Counted from the first letter of the stretch, positions 9,231 through 18,762 are shown. The stretch is DNA of 64,000 nucleotides from Acidimicrobiia bacterium (GCA_009841075.1 VXMP01000022.1:10782-74781); one strand, 5' to 3'. Notes: generated from the sequence alone by a model not told the origin. Program-made: numbers and translations.

Positions 9231-10028
9231 TTGAGCTCCCTGGCTATCGACCTCCACAAGGTGACGGTAATGAAAGGGGGCAAGCAGCTGGTCTCCGACA
9301 TCGACTGGCAGGTGGGGGTCGGGGAACGCTGGGTGTTGTTCGGCCCTAACGGGGCGGGTAAGACCACCCTCCTGCAGGTTATTTCGACCTACCAGTTCCC
9401 CGCTCGCGGAACCGCCACCATCCTGGGCGAACGGATGGGCCGAACCGACGTCCGACAGCTACGACCCAGGATTGGCTATGTCGGTCCGGCACCGGCTGCG
9501 CTGGTGAGAAGACATCTGCCCTGTAAGGACGTGGTAATCACCGGACTCCACGCCTCGTTCGTGGACACCAGATGGCATTCCTACACCTCCGCCGACCGTG
9601 AATCCTCCCGAATGCGGCTGGAGCAGATGGGCGTGGCCGACCTGGCCGATCGGGCTTTTGCCACCCTGTCGGAAGGCGAGATGAAGCGGGTGCTGATAGC
9701 CCGGGCGCTTATGGCCCAACCCGACCTTCTGCTATTGGACGAGCCCGGCACCGGCCTGGATCTGGGTGCCCGAGAGGGCCTGATCGCCTCACTTTCCGCC
9801 CTGGAGGAGCGCGAAAAGGAACTAACGGTGGTACTGGTCACCCATCACGTGGAGGAAATCCCCCGGGGCTTTGAGTCCATCCTGATCCTGTCGGAAGGAA
9901 GGGTTCGGGCGGCGGGCTCGATTCGTAAGATGCTCACCGGAGAAACCCTCTCCGAAATCTACGGTATCCCTTTGACAGTCAGCTCGCTGCAGGGCCGCTA
10001 TCAGGCGACCGGCTCAACCCTCCATTGA
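9231..10028 (+). CDS. ABC transporter ATP-binding protein (no adjacent permease)
   Basis: Walker A GPNGAGKTTLL, signature LSEGEMKRV, Walker B LLLLDEP. TTG start. Confidence 0.85.
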   Translation: MSSLAIDLHKVTVMKGGKQLVSDIDWQVGVGERWVLFGPNGAGKTTLLQVISTYQFPARGTATILGERMGRTDVRQLRPRIGYVGPAPAALVRRHLPCKDVVITGLHASFVDTRWHSYTSADRESSRMRLEQMGVADLADRAFATLSEGEMKRVLIARALMAQPDLLLLDEPGTGLDLGAREGLIASLSALEEREKELTVVLVTHHVEEIPRGFESILILSEGRVRAAGSIRKMLTGETLSEIYGIPLTVSSLQGRYQATGSTLH

Positions 10029-10031
10029 CCC

Positions 10032-10268
10032 TTAGACTTTGATGCCGCGCCTGCGGAGGTCGGCGATTACCGACTCGATCCCCTTCTTGTCGATGGTCTT
10101 GATCCCCTTGGTGCTGACCGTCAGGGTCACATAGCGGCGCTGGGAGGGAACCCAGTAGCGCTTTTTTTGAACGTTGGGGGTCCAGCGACGGTTAGCCCGC
10201 TTGTGCGAGAACGATACCTTCTTGCCAAAGGTGGGTTTCTTGCCTGTGACCATACAGATTCTGGACAT
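10032..10268 (-). CDS. rpmB: 50S ribosomal protein L28
   Basis: [29 protein letters not shown]... beginning at the internal ATG (10268) with a GGAG SD. The upstream part of ORF 10032..10394 is not L28-like. Confidence 0.9.
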   Translation of the reverse strand: MSRICMVTGKKPTFGKKVSFSHKRANRRWTPNVQKKRYWVPSQRRYVTLTVSTKGIKTIDKKGIESVIADLRRRGIKV

Positions 10269-10468
10269 GTCTTCTCCCCGAATACCGGCGTTGGTGGTGG
10301 GTACCAAAAATACAGAAATGCGACAGGATTGTCTCCTGCGGGGTCTGCATACTACCCGCATCCGCCGGGTTTCGGAAACTATACAGACCCCCAATACCGG
10401 TTTGGCTGCCGATCTATGCTCTATCCTTTAACCCGATCCCGCCCGCCAAACGGAAAGAGTAAGCAAAA

Positions 10469-11857
10469 ATGAACCTGTTAGCACCACTGGGAAGTCTTCG
10501 AGCGAACACCAGAATCTGGTTGGCCGGGCTGTTGACGGCGGGCTTGGTTCTGTTCCGACCGTCTATTGCGTCTGCGGCGGAGATGGCCGAAGGTGAAGTG
10601 GCCTTTATTCTGAACACCTTCTCGTTCATGATCTGGGGGGCACTGGTCATGTGGATGTGCGCCGGGTTCACCATGCTCGAATCGGGTGCGGTGCGAACCA
10701 AGAACTCCTCAATGATCTGCCTGAAGAACATCGGGATCTACTCAATATCCTGTCTGGCCTTCTACGTAATCGGCTACAACCTGATGTATGTGGACGTGGG
10801 CGGGGTCATCGGTTCCTTCCAACTGTTCTACTCCTCCTCGGCGGCCGAGATCGACCTGGTGGGCGGTAACGCCGCGGCGGTCGATTCGGTGGTTTCGAAC
10901 GGCTACAGCGTCCTCTCCGACTGGTTTTTCCAGATGGTGTTCGTGGCGACTACCTCCTCCATCGTCTCCGGGGCCATCGCCGAGCGGGCCAAACTGTTCC
11001 CCTTCTTCGGATTCACCCTGGTACTGGCCGCCTTCATCTACCCGGTGGTGGGTGCCTGGACCTGGGGTGGTGGATGGCTGGCCGAGCAGGGCTTTTCCGA
11101 CTTCGCCGGCTCCACCATCGTCCACAGCGTGGGAGGCTGGGCCGCCCTGGCCGGGGTGATCGTCATCGGCCCTCGACTCGGCAAGTTCCGTAAGGACGGG
11201 ACGGTCAAACCCACTCCCCCTTCCAACGTGGTGGCGGTAACGCTGGGGATCTTCATCCTCTGGCTGGGCTGGTTCGGGTTCAACGGCGGTTCCCAGCTGG
11301 CCTTGGGATCGGCCTTGGACGCGGTGGCCATGAGCACCGTCTTGGTCAACACCAACCTGGCCGCCTGCGCCGGTGTCCTGGCCGCCCTGGTCATCTCCAG
11401 GCCGCTGCTCGGACGGATCGACCTGTTCGCCGGACTCAACGGTGCCATCGCCGGACTGGTTTCGATCACCGCCGGCCCGACCATGGCCGACCATTACTGG
11501 GCCATCCTCATCGGGGCCATCGGCGGCATTATCTGCACCCTGGGTATCAAAGGACTGGAAAAGATCAAGGTCGACGACGTGGTGGGGGCGATCCCGGCCC
11601 ACCTCATGTGCGGCATCTGGGGAACCTTGGCCGCCGCGCTCCAGCCCGACGTGAACCTCGGAACCCAGATGATCGGCGTGCTGGCCGTGGGTGCCTTCGT
11701 GTTCGTTATCTCCTTTCTGGTCTGGACGATCCTAGACCGAACCACCGGGCTGCGGGTTTCTCCACAGGCCGAACACCTGGGCCAGGACGTGGCCGAGCTG
11801 GGAATGGAGTCCTACCCCGAGTTCGTCCTCATGCCCGACACCTTCGACGACGAATAA
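10469..11857 (+). CDS. amt: ammonium transporter
   Basis: Amt signatures GFTMLESGAVRTKN, AGSTIVHSVGGWAALAG and LGWFGFNGGS. About 11 TM segments. Confidence 0.95.
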   Translation: MNLLAPLGSLRANTRIWLAGLLTAGLVLFRPSIASAAEMAEGEVAFILNTFSFMIWGALVMWMCAGFTMLESGAVRTKNSSMICLKNIGIYSISCLAFYVIGYNLMYVDVGGVIGSFQLFYSSSAAEIDLVGGNAAAVDSVVSNGYSVLSDWFFQMVFVATTSSIVSGAIAERAKLFPFFGFTLVLAAFIYPVVGAWTWGGGWLAEQGFSDFAGSTIVHSVGGWAALAGVIVIGPRLGKFRKDGTVKPTPPSNVVAVTLGIFILWLGWFGFNGGSQLALGSALDAVAMSTVLVNTNLAACAGVLAALVISRPLLGRIDLFAGLNGAIAGLVSITAGPTMADHYWAILIGAIGGIICTLGIKGLEKIKVDDVVGAIPAHLMCGIWGTLAAALQPDVNLGTQMIGVLAVGAFVFVISFLVWTILDRTTGLRVSPQAEHLGQDVAELGMESYPEFVLMPDTFDDE

Positions 11858-11876
11858 CCCGTAAAATGGGCCGTAT

Positions 11877-12125
11877 ATGGACCACTCCCATCAATACGAG
11901 ATAGAAGCCCGGCTGGTAGAGGCCTGGCGAAGCCACCGCAAGATCCATACGGAAGCGACCATTGCGGTACGGGAAGCGTCACGAGCCGCCACCGAAGCTA
12001 TTTTTGCCGCCCATCAAGCAGGCATGAGCGCCGAGCAGATAGCCGAGGTTCTGAAGGTCGGCCTAGGAGCGATTCGTCATCGACTGCAGGACGCCCAACG
12101 AACCCTGGTGTCGGACCATGTTTGA
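11877..12125 (+). CDS. small hypothetical protein with HTH-like C-terminal half
   Basis: 82-aa ORF. GMSAEQIAEVLKVGLGAIRHRL resembles a sigma-r4/LuxR-type HTH. Overlaps the next ORF by ATGTTTGA. Confidence 0.4.
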   Translation: MDHSHQYEIEARLVEAWRSHRKIHTEATIAVREASRAATEAIFAAHQAGMSAEQIAEVLKVGLGAIRHRLQDAQRTLVSDHV

Positions 12126-12363
12126 CTGGGGTCAAGTCCCCTCCCTTGAATCCACCCCGGGGATCGCAGGAGGGGCCTGGGTGTTCAAAGGCACCCGTGT
12201 TCCCGTCCGTGCCCTAATAGCCAACCTATCCCATGCCTCCGTAGAACAATTCTGCGAGCATTACCCGAACGTAACCCGAGAACAAGCCGAACAGGTACTC
12301 CAATACATGTCAGAAAGCCTCATAGAAGACATCCGAGACATACCTGAAGGACGACAAGCCTGA
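12118..12363 (+). CDS. DUF433 domain protein (antitoxin-like)
   Basis: GGAWVFKGTRVPVRALIANL...HYPNVTREQAEQVLQY matches the DUF433 pattern. Confidence 0.7.
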   Translation: MFDWGQVPSLESTPGIAGGAWVFKGTRVPVRALIANLSHASVEQFCEHYPNVTREQAEQVLQYMSESLIEDIRDIPEGRQA

Positions 12364-12472
12364 GCCGGTCAAGAACATGTGGCTGGAGCGAGCGGGTTTC
12401 GGCAGCAAGGGAATCAGCGTCGAACCCGGAGATATTGACGAGCTCGTCTACGGCTTGTGAAGTTACCATTAG

Positions 12473-12548
12473 GGTGGAGCTGAGGGGATTTGAACCCCTG
12501 ACCCCCTCGTTGCGAACGAGGTGCTCTGCCGAACTGAGCTACAGCCCC
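12473..12548 (-). tRNA. tRNA-Ala (anticodon CGC)
   Basis: Manual cloverleaf: GGGGCTG acceptor with G3:U70, D arm GCTC/GAGC, anticodon stem CCTCG/CGAGG with loop TTCGCAA, T arm AGGGG-TTCAAAT-CCCCT, discriminator A then CC. The terminal A of CCA is not encoded. Confidence 0.9.
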
Positions 12549-12622
12549 AGGGAGTAATTCCTTAGTCTACCCGACCACAATGGACGAGAGCTTTTCAGGT
12601 GCCACGGGTGTCGGTCATGGTC

Positions 12623-13255
12623 TCACGTCAGTTGATCCAGTACCGCTCCCACGTCCTCCCGAAGGCGCTCGGTTATGAAGGCGGAGGTTAGGTCGGACCG
12701 ACTTCGTTCGGCGATGCTGCGGGCCACATCGGTCTTGCGGCGTAACCCTGCGGTCATTCCATCCGGATAGTCCAGTGCCGCCAGCAGGTCGACCACCTCG
12801 TCCATGATCTCCAGGAGGCGCTCCGCCTCGGAGAAATCCTCCCGGCGTAGATGATCGAGCAGCCGCCGTCTTAGCTCCCCTACCACCTCACCCAGTCCGT
12901 GCAGGTAGGGGATGGCTGGCATCCCCATCTCGGAGAGGGAGGGCAGGTCATCGCCCTGGGATATGGCCAGAAAGAGCCCGGCCTCGGCATACTCCTTGGC
13001 GGCATCTTCAACGATTCCGGCGTTGATGCCAGGATGGTCGGCCACGGCCTGGACGGACTCGGACAGGAAGGCTCCGGCCTGGTCCATTAATGCCACCGCT
13101 TGATCTATCTCGCCACGATGGATGGCACGAATAGCTCGGGAGGATTGGCGGATCACCTTCCGCCCGTTTTCTATAGCCAGCTCACGGGCGCTGAACATTG
13201 AATCAAGCTCATCTCGGGCCGCCGCCTCCAGAGAGGGCAGGTTCAGATCGCTCAT
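12623..13255 (-). CDS. translin/TRAX (C3PO)-like family protein
   Basis: All-helical, about 210 aa. RELAIENGRKVIRQSSRAIRAIHRG, AKEYAEAGLF (ExxE), YLHGLGEVVGELRR and GLRRKTDVAR follow the archaeal/bacterial translin pattern. Start taken at the internal ATG 13255. Confidence 0.6.
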   Translation of the reverse strand: MSDLNLPSLEAAARDELDSMFSARELAIENGRKVIRQSSRAIRAIHRGEIDQAVALMDQAGAFLSESVQAVADHPGINAGIVEDAAKEYAEAGLFLAISQGDDLPSLSEMGMPAIPYLHGLGEVVGELRRRLLDHLRREDFSEAERLLEIMDEVVDLLAALDYPDGMTAGLRRKTDVARSIAERSRSDLTSAFITERLREDVGAVLDQLT

Positions 13256-13262
13256 AGGGGGG

Positions 13263-13739
13263 CTAGCCCGCCCGCACAACCCTTACGGTCGGTTGCTGGT
13301 TGGTGGCCGGAACATATTGTTCGGGCGGATATTCGCGTAAGGCTCTTATGTTGTGCTGGAAGATTATGATCCGCCGCAGCAGCACCACAAAAAAGATCAA
13401 CAGGGCGTCAAAAATGAGGTTCAGCAGGATCATCCACAGACTGTTGAGCACGAACCAACCCAGCAGCGAGCCGATAACGCCACCCAACAAAATGGTCAGT
13501 GTCCGACGTCGCCTGGCCAGGATCGCTTCCCTGGATGAATAGGGCCGGGCCGGCGGGGGAAGCGGTCGATAGCTCTCCCGAGGGACAATCTCTGGTTCTT
13601 CCTCAACCTCGGCAGCCAGCTGAGATCCCTGCTTAAAGGCAATTTGAGCGGATCGATAGCTGGCCCGCTCCGCCCACCATCTGGGGAGTAGGAGCATCGC
13701 CCCAACCGCAGCTACTGCCAGAAAAATTGCCCAAGGCAT
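13263..13739 (-). CDS. hypothetical membrane protein
   Basis: 158-aa ORF with an N-terminal TM and two C-terminal TM segments. No recognisable motif. Confidence 0.5.
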   Translation of the reverse strand: MPWAIFLAVAAVGAMLLLPRWWAERASYRSAQIAFKQGSQLAAEVEEEPEIVPRESYRPLPPPARPYSSREAILARRRRTLTILLGGVIGSLLGWFVLNSLWMILLNLIFDALLIFFVVLLRRIIIFQHNIRALREYPPEQYVPATNQQPTVRVVRAG

Positions 13740-13894
13740 CAGGGTCTTTTACTCCCGATTTAGAAATCAGAAATAAGATATATGTTTACGAACCGAAAAC
13801 CAAGGATTTCCACCGGCTGAACCCTGTTTAACTCGGTTCACCCCTGTTTAACCCGTTGCATATGGGGATAAACGATCCCTTGATCGGTCAGCCT

Positions 13895-14386
13895 TTAACC
13901 CGCCGCCCATTCGCCGGATCGACCGCCCGATTTGTGTAGCAGGCGGATTTTTTCGATTCGTGCCCCCCGATCCACCCCCTTGATCATGTCGTAAAGTGTT
14001 AGGGACGCCACGGCGGAACCGGTCAAGGCCTCCATCTCCACCCCGGTCCGATCCGAGGTGGTAACGGTGGTTCGTACCAAGACCCCGGTCTCGGCCCTCT
14101 CCAGGTCCACCGTCACCCCCGACACGCTGATCGGATGGCACAGAGGGATCAGCTCGGGAGTCTTTTTTACTCCCATGATCCCGGCCAAACGGGCGGTCCC
14201 CAGGGCGTCGCCTTTGGGGAGTACGCCGTCAAAAATCAGGTCAAGGGTGGCGGCCGACATGACCACCAGGGCTTCGGCGATCGCCTTACGTTCGGTGACC
14301 GGCTTACCGCCCACGTCAACCATGCGGGCTCGGCCCTGATCGTCCGTATGGGTCAGACGAGGATGGGGACGCCCTTCGTCAGCCAT
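13895..14386 (-). CDS. moaC: cyclic pyranopterin monophosphate synthase
   Basis: LTHTDDQGRARMVDV...KGDALGTARLAGIMGVKKTPELIPLCHPI is a typical MoaC pattern. Confidence 0.9.
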   Translation of the reverse strand: MADEGRPHPRLTHTDDQGRARMVDVGGKPVTERKAIAEALVVMSAATLDLIFDGVLPKGDALGTARLAGIMGVKKTPELIPLCHPISVSGVTVDLERAETGVLVRTTVTTSDRTGVEMEALTGSAVASLTLYDMIKGVDRGARIEKIRLLHKSGGRSGEWAAG

Positions 14387-15623
14387 GTAGCACCTCGGCG
14401 GCGGTTCGGGTCTCGGGAGAACGGAACCACTCGATATCCACCGGGTCGCCGATTTCTACCCGGCCGGTGCCGACCGGGATAACCGCGAAGGCGTCGGCTC
14501 GGGCCAGTGCGGATAGAACATTCGACGACTGTCCTCCGCTGCTCCTACACCAGGTCACACCCCCTTCTAGCTCGCACACCACTCGAGTGAACACCACCTT
14601 GGCCGAATCGGTCCGCCACTTTTCGGCCGCCTTCGCCACGCTCCGGGCTCGGAAAATCGACCGGCATCCCATCATTTGTAACAGGGCGGGACGGGCGAAC
14701 TGCTCGAAAGCCACCATCACCGACACCGGGTTGCCGGGCAGCCCGAGCAGCGGCGTTCCTTCCACATGGCCGAAGGCGAACGGCTTGGCCGGCTTCATGG
14801 CCACCTTCCAGAACTCGATGGTGCCCAGCCGGCGGAGGACTATCTTGACCAGGTCGTATTCCCCCATCGACACCCCGCCCGAGGTGAGGATCATGTCCGC
14901 TTCGGCGGCACCTCGCTCCAAAGCATCTCGCAGCAGATATTCGTCGTCGCCCACGATCCCCAGGTCGAGAACCTGCGCCCCCAGCTCGTCCAGCATCGCC
15001 TGCAGCAAAGGCCGGTTGGTGTCACGGATCTGACCGGGGCCCAGCCGGGTGGTTTCGGGGGATAGAACCTCGTCACCGGTGGATAGAACCGCCACCACCG
15101 GTCGGCGATGGACGGTCGGGCTGATACCCAGCGAGGCCAGTACCGCCAGGTGCGGAGGGGTTAGGCGCTCCCCGGCTTCGAACACCAAGTCACCGGTTTT
15201 AAGGTCTCCACCCGCCGGGCGCACCGCCATGCCGGTTGGGGTGGCGGCCAGGATCCGCACCGCATCCGGCATCGGCTCGGTGTCCTCCACCTTTACCACA
15301 GTATCCGCCCCGTCCGGTAGCGGCGCACCGGTCATGATCTTGATGGCTGCGCCGGCCCGAACCTCTTGGCGGGCCACATGACCGGCCGGGACATCTTCAA
15401 GGAGCTGCAGCTCGACCGGTGCCGAGCCGACGTCGGATCCCAGGACCGCGTATCCGTCCATAGCGGAATTGGTGAACGGAGGGACATCGTGCGGGGCTAC
15501 CACCGGTGCCGCCAGACCCAAGCCTGTTGCCTCCCAGACCGCTACCCGGGTTTCCGGCAGAAGGGCTACCGCCGCCAGCACATCCTGTTGGGCTTTCTCC
15601 AAGGAACGCATCGGTTCGTTCAC
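14379..15623 (-). CDS. moeA: molybdopterin molybdenumtransferase
   Basis: SAMDGYAV motif, MoeA four-domain length, 8-nt overlap with moaC. Confidence 0.9.
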   Translation of the reverse strand: MNEPMRSLEKAQQDVLAAVALLPETRVAVWEATGLGLAAPVVAPHDVPPFTNSAMDGYAVLGSDVGSAPVELQLLEDVPAGHVARQEVRAGAAIKIMTGAPLPDGADTVVKVEDTEPMPDAVRILAATPTGMAVRPAGGDLKTGDLVFEAGERLTPPHLAVLASLGISPTVHRRPVVAVLSTGDEVLSPETTRLGPGQIRDTNRPLLQAMLDELGAQVLDLGIVGDDEYLLRDALERGAAEADMILTSGGVSMGEYDLVKIVLRRLGTIEFWKVAMKPAKPFAFGHVEGTPLLGLPGNPVSVMVAFEQFARPALLQMMGCRSIFRARSVAKAAEKWRTDSAKVVFTRVVCELEGGVTWCRSSGGQSSNVLSALARADAFAVIPVGTGRVEIGDPVDIEWFRSPETRTAAEVLHG

Positions 15624-16435
15624 CCCCTGATCTCATCGATTATGGCCTGATAGCCCGTCCGGTAGTTGGGGTCGTCGAGGCCGAGTACCGTGTTGGCCTG
15701 GAGAAAGCCGAGCGGGTTGCCGACGTCGAACAGATCCACTTCGGCCAGATAGGCCCGGCACCTTCCGGCCGCACCCAGCTCGGCGATGGCGTCGGTGAGC
15801 TGCACCTCCCCACCGTAGCCGGGCGACAAGCCGGCCAGATAGTCGAAAACTTCCGGCGTAAACAGATAACGACCATGGATCGCATAGTTGGAAGGGGCCG
15901 CCAAGTGACCGGGTTTTTCAACCGCTCCGCTGATGTTCATGACGGAGGGGCTGACCCATTCCCCGGTTTCGACCACCCCCTTGGCCCCCAGCAGCCGGTC
16001 GGAAACCTTACGCACATAAACCGCCGAACGGTCAGGGTGGGCGGCTCGGGCCAAACCGGTGAGAATGTCGTCCGATGGGCGGATCAGGTCGTCGGCCAGA
16101 AGCACGAAGAAGGGTCGAAGCCCGATCTCCTCCTGACCGGTAAGCACGGCATGACCCAGCCCTTTGGCCTCGGCCTGGACAATGGTGCGAACCTTGACAT
16201 CGGCAACCGAGGGCAGATAGAGGGACTCCTCGAAGTGGCGGTAGATGATATCGCCGCCGTCGGGATCGACCACCACCACCACCTCGGTTACGCCCGCCCG
16301 GGCGGCCTCTTCGACCACCCATTGGATACCGGGGCGGTCTACCACGGTCAGCAGGGCCTTGGGGATGGCGTTGGTCGCAGGCCGCATCCTGGTTCCCCGG
16401 CCGGCGGCCGGTATCAGCGCTACCTCTACGTTCAT
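15620..16435 (-). CDS. galU: UTP--glucose-1-phosphate uridylyltransferase
   Basis: N-terminal LIPAAGRGTRMRPATNAIPKALL nucleotidyltransferase motif. 4-nt overlap with moeA. Confidence 0.9.
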   Translation of the reverse strand: MNVEVALIPAAGRGTRMRPATNAIPKALLTVVDRPGIQWVVEEAARAGVTEVVVVVDPDGGDIIYRHFEESLYLPSVADVKVRTIVQAEAKGLGHAVLTGQEEIGLRPFFVLLADDLIRPSDDILTGLARAAHPDRSAVYVRKVSDRLLGAKGVVETGEWVSPSVMNISGAVEKPGHLAAPSNYAIHGRYLFTPEVFDYLAGLSPGYGGEVQLTDAIAELGAAGRCRAYLAEVDLFDVGNPLGFLQANTVLGLDDPNYRTGYQAIIDEIRG

Positions 16436-16442
16436 GGTTTCA

Positions 16443-17021
16443 TCAGAATCGGTTCTCGGTGCCCGAGCTTATCCGGCTCAGGTTGGAACGATGCCGGTAG
16501 ATGATGAGCAGCATCATCGAGGTAAACCAGGCCACCGTGGCACCCTCCTGTCCGGTTATCCACAGAGCAGGAATTGACACTACCGCCACAACCAGGGACC
16601 CGACCGCCGATATTTTCCATAGCTTCAGCGTAATGGCGTAAACCAGCACCATGATCAGCATCACCGGAGGCGAAACGGCTAGAAGGGCACCCCCTGCGGT
16701 AGCTACTCCCTTACCTCCTCGGAACCGGTGATAGATCGGATAGCAGTGCCCGATCACCGCCCCCAAACCGGCTACGGCCCCGGCCTCGGAGGACCATATC
16801 AACAGGCCGACCAAGGCCGGAACAAACCCTTTCAGCAGGTCGAGCAGATACACGGTTGCCGCCGGACCCTTCCCCAGCGCCCGCAGCACGTTGGAAGCAC
16901 CCGGGTTGCCACTACCCACCTCTCGGATGTCCACCCCTCGGAAGCGGGCCACCATCAGGGCCGGATTGACGCTGCCCAACAGATAGGCTCCGACCAGCAG
17001 TACGGCGATACCAACAAACAT
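16443..17021 (-). CDS. plsY: glycerol-3-phosphate acyltransferase PlsY
   Basis: GSGNPGASNVLR and FRGGKGVAT motifs. Polytopic membrane protein. Confidence 0.9.
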   Translation of the reverse strand: MFVGIAVLLVGAYLLGSVNPALMVARFRGVDIREVGSGNPGASNVLRALGKGPAATVYLLDLLKGFVPALVGLLIWSSEAGAVAGLGAVIGHCYPIYHRFRGGKGVATAGGALLAVSPPVMLIMVLVYAITLKLWKISAVGSLVVAVVSIPALWITGQEGATVAWFTSMMLLIIYRHRSNLSRISSGTENRF

Positions 17022-17145
17022 AAGGCTCTGAGTTTATCCGCGTGCCATGCCGATCCATTCGGACAGTTGTCGGTCGGCGGTGTTAATATCCGTATGGCCC
17101 GGCTCTCTTACGGGCTTCTCCCCTACCCAAACGGAGTTTCTGCGA

Positions 17146-17463
17146 ATGCCCACGTATGTATATCAGTGCAAGGAATGCGGGCACCGATTCGAAATCTTCC
17201 AGAGCTTCCGAGCCGAACCACTGACCACCTGTCCCGAATGCCAAGAATCCGCCCTGAGAAAGGTGCTGTTCCCGGCCGGGGTAGTCTTCAAAGGGTCGGG
17301 TTTCTACGTCACCGACTCCCGCACCTCTAAAACCTCGTCCTCTTCATCCTCCAAGGAAACCAAGTCGGACGGGGCGGGCACAAAAAAGGAAAAGTCCGAT
17401 TCGGCGGGTTCAAAAACCCCCAAGAAGGAGCCGGCCCGCTCCGGTGCCAAAACAGACGACTAA
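17146..17463 (+). CDS. FmdB-family zinc-ribbon regulatory protein
   Basis: MPTYVYQCKECGHRFE...CPEC zinc ribbon at the internal ATG 17146 with an upstream GGAG. Ser/Lys-rich tail. Confidence 0.85.
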   Translation: MPTYVYQCKECGHRFEIFQSFRAEPLTTCPECQESALRKVLFPAGVVFKGSGFYVTDSRTSKTSSSSSSKETKSDGAGTKKEKSDSAGSKTPKKEPARSGAKTDD

Positions 17464-17536
17464 ACCGGGCAAGGTTCCACCCTCGGTTCGTCTGAGCACC
17501 GGACCCGGCGTGGTTGCTCCGGAGGGCCTTGTTTAG

Positions 17537-18121
17537 ATGAGAGGCCCGGTCGGTGTGATCCTGGCGGGTGGAAAATCCAGCCGGATGGGCTCGGATAAGG
17601 CCCTCGTCGAGCTGGCGGGGCGTCCGATGATCGAATGGGTGGCGGAGGCCATGTCCGGTTTCGACCAGGTGGTAGTGGTGGGACGTAGGCCGGGTTGGGC
17701 GGGCTTGGAGGCGATACCTGACCTCCAGCCGGACGCGGCCGGGCCTTTGAGCGGACTCCAAACCGCCCTGGCCGCCTTCCAACGCCCGCTGGTGGTAACC
17801 GCGGTCGATCAGCCGCTGGTCCGCCCCGAAACCCTCCGTCGACTGGCCGAATGGGCTATGGATAACCGGACCGCCCTCTGCCTGGACGGGCTGCCTCAGG
17901 TGACCTGCGCCGCCTATTCTTCGGATTGCCTTGACCAGGCCATCCAAGAACTAGGTTCCTCGGGTTCCATCCAACGGATGCTCGAATCGGTGCCCTGGAC
18001 CCGGATTGAACCGGAGGTCTGGTCCGGCTGGGGCGAGGACGGACGTTCTTGGTACTCAATGGATTCCTGGGACGACATCCTGGCCGCCGAGCATCGCTTT
18101 CGGGTCAACCTGGCCGGTTAA
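17537..18121 (+). CDS. mobA: molybdenum cofactor guanylyltransferase (MobA-like nucleotidyltransferase)
   Basis: GVILAGGKSSRMGSDKALVELAGRPMI N-terminal motif. Confidence 0.8.
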   Translation: MRGPVGVILAGGKSSRMGSDKALVELAGRPMIEWVAEAMSGFDQVVVVGRRPGWAGLEAIPDLQPDAAGPLSGLQTALAAFQRPLVVTAVDQPLVRPETLRRLAEWAMDNRTALCLDGLPQVTCAAYSSDCLDQAIQELGSSGSIQRMLESVPWTRIEPEVWSGWGEDGRSWYSMDSWDDILAAEHRFRVNLAG

Positions 18122-18192
18122 ATAACGCGACCCCTTATACGTGCCTTAAAACTCAAACAACCCCCTAGCCGGTCCGGGCTTTTCGATATACG

Positions 18193-18753
18193 TTGGGAGG
18201 CATGCTCTGGTTAACCCGCCCCCCCTATCTGCGCTGGGCAATGGTCGGCTTGCTGGTGGTAGTCAGCCTTTGGATAGAAATCCGACCGACCTCCCAGGTT
18301 TCGCATCCGTTCATCGTCCATGACCTGGCCCGAGGAGAACCGGTAGAAGGTGCCCTCGAATGGCGGGACATACCGGAAGACGTGCTCGAGCCGGTCTACG
18401 GTATAGGATTCGCCGATCGTGACCTTCCTGCCGGCCATCCTCTTCTGCCTGGAGACACTACCGACACCCCGATCGAGGTTCCGCCCGGTTGGTGGCTGCT
18501 GGACGTGGCCGTACCCGCCGACACCACCGCCGGAATGACCGTTCAGCTGGTGATCCTGCCCGGCTTGGGAGATCAGCCCGTTGCGCCGATCGGCGGGGTG
18601 GTAGCGGGCGTCCGGCCCTCCGAGTATGCCAACGAAGGCCTGATCGGCTCGGTTGCCTTTCCACCCGATCAGGCCGCCACCGCAGCCGTGGCTATCGCCG
18701 AAGACCAGGTGTCGGTTTTGATCGAAGCCCACCCGACCCGAACAACCGGATAG
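18193..18753 (+). CDS. hypothetical membrane-anchored protein (SAF-domain-like)
   Basis: One N-terminal TM. Its position next to the FmdB/galU/moeA genes matches the conserved actinobacterial neighbourhood. Confidence 0.45.
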   Translation: MGGMLWLTRPPYLRWAMVGLLVVVSLWIEIRPTSQVSHPFIVHDLARGEPVEGALEWRDIPEDVLEPVYGIGFADRDLPAGHPLLPGDTTDTPIEVPPGWWLLDVAVPADTTAGMTVQLVILPGLGDQPVAPIGGVVAGVRPSEYANEGLIGSVAFPPDQAATAAVAIAEDQVSVLIEAHPTRTTG

Positions 18754-18762
18754 CGTTAGGGG

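Noticed and set aside
10269-10394. 42-codon extension upstream of rpmB in the track ORF
   Set aside because: It is not L28-like. The internal ATG has an SD and gives a canonical 78-aa L28.
10395-10468. GlnR/AmtR-type operator upstream of amt
   Set aside because: I found only loose TAAC...AAAC fragments with the wrong spacing, which is not enough to call a site.
13740-16442. Possible Moco riboswitch ahead of moaC/moeA
   Set aside because: plsY-galU-moeA-moaC are packed with overlaps or gaps of 7 nt or less, leaving no leader region. The segment 13740..13894 lies downstream of moaC.
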